A program made the position numbers and the translations under genes. Under the pieces are notes generated by a model. That model made no database searches and had not been told where the DNA came from. It saw nothing but the letters and a program-made list of their open reading frames with translations. From Phyllosticta citribraziliensis (taxonomy: Eukaryota), in the NCBI RefSeq assembly GCF_038025025.1, contig NW_027117339.1, positions 310,001-374,000 of the forward strand: a stretch of DNA of 64,000 nucleotides, in the 5' to 3' direction. Below are positions 49,314 through 58,788 of this stretch, one piece after another (position 1 is the first letter of the stretch; the number at the start of each line of letters is the position of its first letter).

Positions 49314-49948
49314 GAGCCAAGTTCCAAGGAGGCAGGCAGCTGCTTAGCCGTCACTCTCATCAGCGAGCCCATCCATGCGTCGTCCGTCCGCTCCTCGTCC
49401 GTCCGTCCGTCCGCTCGACCCGTCCCGCCCGCATTGCTTGATAAACGGCTAAACACAAAAAACCAACAGCCAAGTCACCCCAAACTCACCCCAAACTCAC
49501 CCCAAACTCACTGACTGACAAAGCACGCACGGCCCCTCGTCTCGCTCTATCTTTCTCGACCCATCTGAGTCCATACGGGCGGGTCGGAAGCGCCCCCGGC
49601 CCTCCATTGCGCGCGTTGTGCTGCGCGGTTGCGTCGAGTTTAGATTGCTTGGTTTGCTTGGGTGGGTGGCGCGGGGGAGGGGAGGGGAGGGGAGGTTTTG
49701 CACTGCCTGGAGCAAGTAGTTGGTGCGCGTCGCACTCGCATTCGTATCGTAGATAGATGAAAGATTGAGTGCGGAGGGGGGAGGAGGGAGGGAAGGAGGG
49801 AGAGTTGCGGTGCCAGAACGGCGACTTACTTAGCTGCTGTATCGCCCACCTCCAGCCCACATCTTCTTCTGTCCTACACCTATCCACCAACCTACCCATT
49901 CAATCAATCAATCAGTCAGTCAATTGACCAACCAACCAACCATCCACC

Positions 49949-50377
49949 ATGTCCTCCTCCACGCCCATCACCCTGACCGTCTTCTACCCCGCCGACCCCG
50001 ACGCCACCTTCGACCACGACTACTACGTCAACACGCACATGCCCATGGCCGAGAAGCTGTGGCGGCCCATGGGCATGCTGGGGTATCGGACCTTCAAGTG
50101 CGTCTTCCTCCATCTCCTCCTCCCCCCCCCCCCCCCCCCTGTCCTACCCTCGCCCTTACTCACGACCCACAGAATCCAATCCCCCACGCCCTCCGGCGAC
50201 GCCGCGCCCTACAGTGTCGTGACCATCGTCGAGTTCAGCTCCGCCGCGGCGTGGGAGGAGGCGTTCAAGCTCGCGCCCGAGCACTTGATGCCGGACATTC
50301 CGAATTACTCGAATAAGCCGCCGCTGTTTTTTGTGGGGGAGAGGTTTGGCGGGAGTGTTGGGGTTGTGAGGGAGTGA
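49949..50377 (+). CDS. EthD-domain protein, copy 2
   Basis: YP..FDHDYYVNTHMPMAEKLW..DIPNYSNKPP; phase-2 intron 50098-50172 at the same codon as copy 1. Confidence 0.85.
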   Translation: MSSSTPITLTVFYPADPDATFDHDYYVNTHMPMAEKLWRPMGMLGYRTFKCVFLHLLLPPPPPPVLPSPLLTTHRIQSPTPSGDAAPYSVVTIVEFSSAAAWEEAFKLAPEHLMPDIPNYSNKPPLFFVGERFGGSVGVVRE

Positions 50378-52666
50378 ACGAGGGGGCGAGGGAGTTTGTG
50401 AGGAGGGGAGTAGGAGGGAGGGGGGAGAGAAATGGAGGTTTTGGTGGAGGACTGGGATGAGACGGGATGATGCACTCGCTGGGCTTTGCTTTGGCTGGTG
50501 GGGAGGTAAAGGGTGTGGAGTGAGGGAGTGGATGGGTCGATGGGCAAAGAAGAGAAGAGATGAGAGAGATGAGAGAGATGAGAAAGATTGACAGGTGAGC
50601 GCGGGAATGAGACGGACGAACAGATGGGAAACAGGAAATCAGACTGTACAATGCACTTGCGTTGGCCATCTCCATTCTCTACCACGTCAACATCGCGATT
50701 CGCGTCGTCCCACCCTGGCGATGCAGTCCATTCAGTGAGCCGTCCACTCTGCCCTACCGTCGGCGGCAATGAACCTCAGGACCAAGCAAGAAGCTCCGCC
50801 TCACTGGCGTCTCCTCTCATGGCTCGTTCCGGGCCAGGCGCGGCGCTGGTGTGAGTTGTGTGTAGCACGCAACCAAGTTGCGGCGATGCTACGTCGTCAA
50901 CGAGCCTACCTGGGCGACAGACGGAACAAACACACAAACGCAGTCGACGCCGTCCGAAATTTCCGCTTGACTAGTGCCGCGCCGGCGCACCTGCCACGAC
51001 GAACCGGTGTCGCGCCCGGCGACGCGCTGCTTGGTTTGGCGCGAGTCGGAGGCTTTGCAGGCACAGAGGAAAGGATAAGAGCGTGGGATAGATGCATACA
51101 AGCAAACAGGAGAAATGCGCTCAGCTGGCCGGCGCGGATGTGTTTGATCCGATCGACGGCCTTGGTTGCAAAAAGTCGGCGTACTGGATGGTGTGGTGTT
51201 GAGGCCGGTTTGTTGCGGGCGGCGAATTATTGTACGGACCAGGGTATCGGCGGATTTGGTGGTTTGCCACGGTATAGTCGACTGACTAGAGGATATAGAG
51301 CATCAGCTCGCTCAGAGGGGAAATTCAGGGTTGCCATGTGCGCCGCAGCAGCGCAACTCTGCACGCCATCTTTTTCCGCCTGAAGTCGTCGTCTGGCTGT
51401 GCGCAGCGACGTGGGCGATGCGGTCGACCTCGGCAACCATCATGAGGCGCTGCAGGCTGGGGCTGAGCTGTGTGCGACGCGACGAAAAGCTTCGCCGCCA
51501 TGTTTCTAGCTCGAGCAGCCAGTCTTGCAAGACTGTCGTTCGGGATGCATAAGAAAAGACTATTTTGGTTGCTGCTGCTGCTGCTCGAGCCAGAAACGAG
51601 AGACGGCTTGGCTTGTGCAAGGGAGAAATTGCGGTGGTGTGGTGCAGTGGCACGCCAGGCAGACACAGCGTCGCGCTATCGGGGCGACAGACGGGGTCGA
51701 CGATAACGACAATGGCAACGAGGGGTTGGAAAGGGTAAAGACGCAGGGCCTGTGTCAGAGAGGCGAGATGTTTTTGGCGCAGACGGGGAAAAAGGCGAAA
51801 ACGAGACGAGACTAGAAATCAAGGCCTTGTGGTCTTGCGGCTAGGTTCATGTACGAGGTGAGATGGCGGATGGCGGTGGTGGTGATGGATGGAAGCGGTT
51901 GCGGCGGGTCGTCAGCTTTCCTTCTAGAATGTTTGTTGGCGGGGAGCGAGCAGGGAGAGGCATGGTGCAGTACGAGAGGGAGTAGGGCAGAGACGACGCC
52001 AACATGTCATGTCAGCGCAGCGTTGATGCTATTTGAGAGTGTGCGATGTTGCAGTCGGTGGGAGATGGAGCTGAGCCGGCGTGTGCGAGATGAGCCGTGG
52101 TGTTGAGTTGGTTGACAGGGTCATGTCAGGCGCAAATCAAGCTTAATTTTGCTTGTTTTGCTTGCTTGGGTCTGGTGTCGTGTCGGGCCGGCCCTATATC
52201 TCTTTCGTGACGGCAGCTACACTACAGTACTGCGTGTTTGTCGTCGTCGTTCTCTGGTCAGCAAGACGGAGAGAATGAATGCACAGCAGGGCGCACTATC
52301 GACTGCAGGCCATGTCGGCCGGGAACCGAGACCAGTGCAACAATGAAGACGAGGACGAGGACGAGAAAAAAAAAAAAAAGAGGTCGGCCTCTTTGCCACG
52401 TCGCATCGCATGCCATGGGCTCTTGTTCCTGCATGGCCCGTCATTCGCTCGGGGCTGGCTATGAATAGACGCAGGGGCACAATTCCTCGTATATCTGCTC
52501 CTTCTCACCTTCTCACCCACCTCCAGCCTCTTCTTTCCCTTTGTCGACACACGTCATACCTTAGCAGTCAACCCCATATATTTGTCCTCCTCTCCTCCTC
52601 CCATTCAACTCGACATTGGATCAATCCCTCACCTCGACCACCTACAACCCCAACCAATCAATCATA

Positions 52667-53152
52667 ATGCTCTTCACAACAACCCTCCTCTCGCTCCTGG
52701 CGACCCTCACCACCGCCCTCCCAACCGCCAACACCAACGCCAACAAAAACCTCAACCCCCGCGCCGGCGGCCCCAGTTTCGTCCCCATAGAAGCCCCGTG
52801 CTACCTCAGCTACGCCCTCGCCGCCGACGCCTCGTCGGCCGCGCGCCCCATCGTCGACATCGCCTCGACGCAAATCTACCACTGGGACCGCGCCCTGGCC
52901 GACGCCCAGTACAACAACGAAACCACGCTGTGGACCCAGTGCGTCGAGCAGTGCAACGGCCTGTCGGGCTGCAAGGCCGCCTTCCTCGCCTACAACGTCC
53001 CCAGCGAGCCCATCTACTCGAGCCCCGGCGGCAGCCCCAGCATCGCCTGCCGCATGTTCAACACGGTCCTCTCTGCCGACAGCTTTGCCCCCGTCACCAA
53101 CGGCAGCTACACCCAGGCCATGGCCGCAAACATTGCTGGCTGCGCCAAGTAA
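52667..53152 (+). CDS. Small secreted cysteine-rich protein (161 aa), effector candidate
   Basis: Signal peptide MLFTTTLLSLLATLTTALP, propeptide ending LNPR, six Cys including CVEQC..GC..ACRMF (PAN/Apple-like spacing). Confidence 0.85.
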   Translation: MLFTTTLLSLLATLTTALPTANTNANKNLNPRAGGPSFVPIEAPCYLSYALAADASSAARPIVDIASTQIYHWDRALADAQYNNETTLWTQCVEQCNGLSGCKAAFLAYNVPSEPIYSSPGGSPSIACRMFNTVLSADSFAPVTNGSYTQAMAANIAGCAK

Positions 53153-54179
53153 TCGCCAAACTTGCTCCCACGACCTGTGACGACTTTTATTTCTTCCCTC
53201 CGACCCGTTGCGGCTCGGCTTGTACAGCACCAACGCACCGCCCCGGCACTCTTTATTTCTTCACTCTTCTCGCTTTAATTGGCTCGTTTCCTTTGCCGCA
53301 TGCATTACCTCTTCTCCTATATCCCCTTTGCCGCCACGCCGCGACTACACGGCCGTGGTGGTATAATGTCTTTGTTTATTTCACCCACGTCAATGGGCTC
53401 GGCGGACGGATGGAGCGACGGCGCATGGGCGCATGGGTAGATGAGAGGAGCGGGGCAAAGTCAGACGCCCGAGTTGGAATGGAATGGAATGGATTGCACG
53501 CATGCACAGCACCCTTCCACACACACACGGATTGTACAGCACAGTATATTATAGCACCGAGCTTGCTACCTTCCTTTAGCGAGCGAGCAGGGAAAAAAGA
53601 CAGAACAAACCGAATCAATCAAAAGTCTACTTGAACTACTAAACAAGTCATCCATTGTTGCCATGTTTGTGCTCTTGCCTGTCCCTCTTCAGCCGCTTCA
53701 GACGCGCACTATACGGCGCACGGCATACGTCAGTCAGTCACCCAGCAACATACCTAGAGCTTGGTCACTCTTCCCTGCCCGTTGAGTCGTCTGGAAGCGT
53801 TGCGCGGTGCCGAGTAAGTATAGTGTATTCCCCGCTGCCAGGTCGGCGGGACGCAAGAGCCTTGTCCTCCACGCTGTCGCTCGTCATCGAGGACCCATCA
53901 TGCTGACTGATGCGCACCTTTGTCTGGTCACGCTTGCCGTCTTTGCTGTACTATTTGAAATGGGGAGAGGAGAGGAGGCTGAGTGAGACGGACCGGCTGA
54001 ACCGACCACCCCAGTGTGGTGGTGTTGGTATTGTTGTTCCGCACGCCAGCAAGCCTCCCAGTTCTCGACCATTCGAAGCTTCTTGGTTGTGGGGATGAAG
54101 TTGGCGTGTTGGAGCCGTATGAGGAGTTGGAGCGGTTGACGGGGGGTTTTTGTATGCGAGGGGTTGGCGGAAGGGTATC

Positions 54180-57100
54180 AGATGCTAGGCATCAAATGCC
54201 AGACAAGCAGACACGTCGACGCCGCGTCACGAGCTGCCATTTCGCATTTGCTTCTGACAGACTGCACAGGCCTCAAGCGCCTCGCCGCCTCCCTTCCCTC
54301 CCCAGTCTCTATATTAAAGCACCCCGTCCTCGCTCCCAGCCGCTCATTTAAGCATTGCATTCGACTCAGCTGTCTGGCGCCAGAGTGTATGAAGCATGTC
54401 ACTGTTTTCTCCTTGTTCTTTCTTCCCAGCGCCCCTGCGGAACAGGCCATGCACTGGATTATTGCTTTCAGATGCCGGAGCTCTTCATGGAACGATGTCG
54501 TTGCTCAACATCCCCATATACGTTGTCGCGTGCAGCGTCAAAGCGCCGTCGTCTCTGCCTTGCGGCCCTCGCCACGAAATTAGACTGTCGACGCAAAGGA
54601 AAACGGAGAGAAAAACGAATAAGCGCCGAGGCACAGGCAGTGGAGAGTTTTAAGCTGTGTTGGCAAGGCAGACCGCAAAGTCAAATTCTTGTAGCGCGGT
54701 TCGTTCGTGGATCTTGTCGGCTTGTCGAGAGCTCTCAGTTGAGGATGAGGATGGGGAGGGAGAGGAAAGACCGGGTTTTATACCTAACCTGCGCAGAATT
54801 GACTGTCACATACGTCACGAGAACTACGAGCACAGGCAAAGCTGGATCGCCGCATGACGCGTCCGGCTGCGGCGTCAGTGGCGTCAGGGGCACGCCCTCC
54901 CTTCCTTCTCGCTGTATAAATTCCGCTGCTTTTGCCCTCTCGGGTTCTGCGCACAACAGTAAGTGAGCGACGGACCGTGAGAGACAAGTCCACGCTTGAA
55001 TATCTACTGTCGTAACCACATGAAACATGGCACTTGTTTTTGCTGGAGTTTCCGCCGCATCTTTTCCACAGAAAAGGGGCAGTGGAGGTTAAAATAGTCG
55101 AGAATCCTTTTCGATGCGGAGGATGATGGTGGGTGTCTACACTTCCAGGGCATGGGTTCAATTGGTGTCTTGTCGTTGTGCTGCTGACGTGTGAAAATCA
55201 GGATGTTGTAGGAAGTGGAGACAGACGGGAAGAAAAACAAAGCAGACAAAGACAGTACACACGGATGTAGATTCCGTTCAAGACCCGCCCAAGTGAACTT
55301 GAACCAAGATTGACTGCCTTGATGTCGGCGCCCTATCTTGTCTGGAGAGTCCAGTCAAGGGGGCGAGTCTGCGGAGTTTTTGTACTCAGCAGCGATCCAG
55401 AATCTGGAGAAGAGCAGCACATGCACTTTCCACGCGACAGTCACATGCAGTATCTGCCTGGAGTCAGGGTATGGTTTCCAGAAGGGTATATAACTCTGCT
55501 CCTCCCCCTCTTCACTCACTCTTCAAGCAGGAGACGGGTGAAGAGTGGGCACTCGACAATATCACGGACTCCCTGGCGCGCTGCTCTCTCCAGTGGTATG
55601 AGTGGGAGCATTCACTTTGGTGGGGTTTCTGGTTGGCGGACCTCGTAAGGGACTGGTGGAAATTCAGGGGTAGTATTTCAGGGGTATGCCGCTATTCTTC
55701 AATGTGACATGACGACATTTTCCGCCACCATGCCCCAGCATCTCTGACTATCTGTTAAAGGAAGAAGTAATCGAATCGTAGAACGCGAGGATGGGAGCTG
55801 GCATAGCGGTATGTCTCTTCCTTATTGAGAGGACGCATTACCAAGTGCTCGCATTCTGATTCTCCCAGGGCATATGGTCGCTGTTGCATCCGGCAAAAAA
55901 GCAAGCTAGGGGAATTTTCATACACGCTGAAAGCGACAGCCAGCCATGTGAAAATCTAGGAGTGATGTGTCAGGGGTGTGATGAAATTCTCTGTTTTGAT
56001 GTAATGATAGTGTCCTTCATCGTCGAGTAATCTTCTGAACGTTAGATGAAAAGAATGGTAAGTGGAAAGTGAAGATGCGAGGACAGGAGCCGGCGAGGGA
56101 GTAGGCTCATACTATGGTAGTAGTTAGCGCGCAGTATTGACTCACAGTGTGTCGGTTTCCCTAAGAGTAGAGAGTAGAGGAGCGCTGATGCATCGAGCAA
56201 TGCGCTAACCAGGCGAGCTTTTATACACGCCGAAAGTGAGTGCCGGCCACATGGCAAGGCACACAGCCCCTTCACATGTCTCACACCCATCTCCGCATGT
56301 GCCACAACCGCGTGGCCCCGCTCGTATATAAAATGTCCTACTTTCTTCCCCGTCGCTATCACTTCAACAGGCGAAACCAAAAGTGAGGACCCAGCGAAAA
56401 TGCCAATTATCAATCAAGAAGAAACTGGGGTGTCTGGCGCTGGTGTTGCGAGTGAAAGGGGGTTGAGAAGGCACCCGCGTTTCAGGGGCGACATTCTTTT
56501 CAGGGGCACATTAGCATCCTCCAACATTCCACAATGCTGCTCGTCATCATTACTCAACTTCTATAGTGGTCTGTATAGACAGCAAAGCGTGTAGAAAGCA
56601 GAGACGCGAGAGCAAAGCAGTAGAATTCGTCGGGTGGCATCGGAGGCGCGCAGTCGACTTTCCCCATGGCGCCGTTTCCCCGAGAGTATGGGGCTGCTGT
56701 TGGAAGACTAGGAAATGGGTGAAGTAGGGGAGTATTTCTTACACCTTGAGAGTGAGAACCGGCCACAAAGCACGCAAGACCTTCACATGTCTTGAGTCCC
56801 GCATGTGCTGCGACCGCGCGGCGGCGCTCGTGTATAAATTGCGCCACTTTCCGCTCGCTGTCACTTCCGCAGCTCGACACAGGCAGAGGAGTTGGAAGTT
56901 CGTTGCCCAAGCAACCGACACTGAGAACATACCGCAAAATGCTCTGCACTGTGTGGTTGGAGTCGGCGTGGAGGAAACAGGTCGTGGAAGCAATTGTTCA
57001 AAACGAGGAGAATTTCAGGGGCGACCTTCTATTCAGGGGTATGATGGCCTCCTTTAACACCATCAGACGCTGTTCATCAGCACCACATCATATCTCTAGG

Positions 57101-58150
57101 GATTCTGTTGTCAGAAGAAAATATGTGAAGACATGGGAGCGGGGCCCGGCCCGGCCCCGGAAAGTGAAGTTAATGTGTATGTCCGACAGCAGTGTTGCGT
57201 AAGCGATTGATTTTCGCGTTGACTCACCGTTAAGAACCCTGGAGGAAAACCAAGCATCTTGACATCAAGAGAGGAGATTTATATGCCTCCAGGCCGCTCA
57301 AATGCCACGCAGCTTTCTCGCTGATCAAATGCCCGCGTCTCACCACAAGCGTCTCGTGGAAGGGGGCGTGCGCTCTGCGATTTAGTACAAATACTGCGCC
57401 CTCCCCTTTTTCTTTGCCATCCACAACAGCCTAGTTCTGGCAAAATGATAACCACTGCATTGAATGAAACTTGTGGATGGGCACAACTCCTACCACGAAA
57501 GAATTGCTTCCTTTTGTCAGACAGAAGGACGATTCTTTAGTGTGAGATATTGATGTACGAAACTGCTCATCCTCGAATCGACTTCGTGCAGTCAATCACT
57601 ATCGCGCCATCACGGCGATTCTGGGAAATTACGCAAATCAAGACAGACCAAGCACAGCAGGAACAAAAAAACAGTCACTCGTTTTGTAGATCTGTTTAAA
57701 CCAGAGAGAGTTCCCCTTGTGCATGCCCATGATAGCAGGTAGGTAGACAATGTGTGGGAGTAGACCCCACGCCACTCAGAAGCATTTAAATACTCCAAGC
57801 CAGCGCCTCATGTGCAACACCACTCCACATGCCTAAGCCTCCACATACCAAGCTTCCATTAGCGCAAAGGACGGCTCCGGCTTTCTTTCGTATAAATACC
57901 GCCGCCTCGACCGACTTTTCTTATCACAGTCACAACTCCGGCGTGGTCCACGAAGCCCGCATGGGCCCAAGGCACCGCAAGTCAACTGCCTGTTGTGAGA
58001 AGTAGTGAACGGATAAACGCACTTTGGCGTTGGCGTTGGCTGGAGCGCAGCGCAGGCAGACGTGCTTAAAAGCAGGACGTCACGAGCGAGCGAACAGCCG
58101 GCGACATCTTAGGAGGATGGTGATACTCTTCAATATGACAAACCGGCGCC
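54180..58150 (+). repeat. Array of about 8 diverged tandem units (~500-600 bp), each with E-box-like motifs, seven with a TATA-like box
   Basis: TATA-like boxes at 54310, 54915, 55487, 56325, 56833, 57386, 57891; units at 56224 and 56740 align along most of their length; shared CACATG/CAAATG upstream and TTCAGGGG-type motifs downstream. Confidence 0.7.
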
Positions 58151-58788
58151 CATTATCGCCATCCTAGGCAGGCAGGCAGGCGTCTTGAGTACCTCCAAAA
58201 ACGAACCTTGACAACATGCAAGGCCGAAAACCATGTGTTTGAGCTGGACGTGGCGAGTGTCGGTTGCGGCGTTGCATGAAGGTGACAGTAAGGAGAAGGA
58301 ATCTTTAAGAGACGGTGATGTTTCGTTGCTTAAGTTACGAACGACACTCATCACAGTTCTCTCTGTACGAGGCAGAGCAGGGCAACAGGCAGGCAGCAAT
58401 TAGTGTATATCCAGACCTAGCCTGCAGAATGAAAGGAAAAAAGAAGCAGAGCAAGTTTTGAGCCCACCCGGTGGGCGCTGAAGCCTCCGAAAAACGCCGC
58501 ACCACCACCATCACCTGCGGATCCCGTCCATCCATCCGTCCGTCCATCCACCCGTTTGCCCGTGGTATAGAGCCAAGCAAGCAAGCAATCTGTGTATTGG
58601 CGCAAGCTGATCCCAGGAGCCCGAACAAAAACGAAAAAGGGCAAAGAAAAGGGAGAAGGAGAAGAAACAACGAAGAGAGACCGCCGGCCAGCCAGCCAGA
58701 AAGCAAGCACCACCAGCCACTACCGCACCTGGCGAGTGGACCTCCCATCCATCCCATAGCATCACCTCCGCACTGATCTGCGCCTCAT

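Noticed and set aside
55978..56038. Box C/D snoRNA-like GTGATGA...CTGA
   Set aside because: Short, weak terminal stem, no rRNA-complementary guide that I can recognise, and the C-box-like sequence is part of the array motif and is not intact in most other units; a snoscan run would settle it
54180..58150. Array units as a-factor-type pheromone genes
   Set aside because: None of the short ORFs I translated downstream of the TATA boxes ends in a CAAX motif
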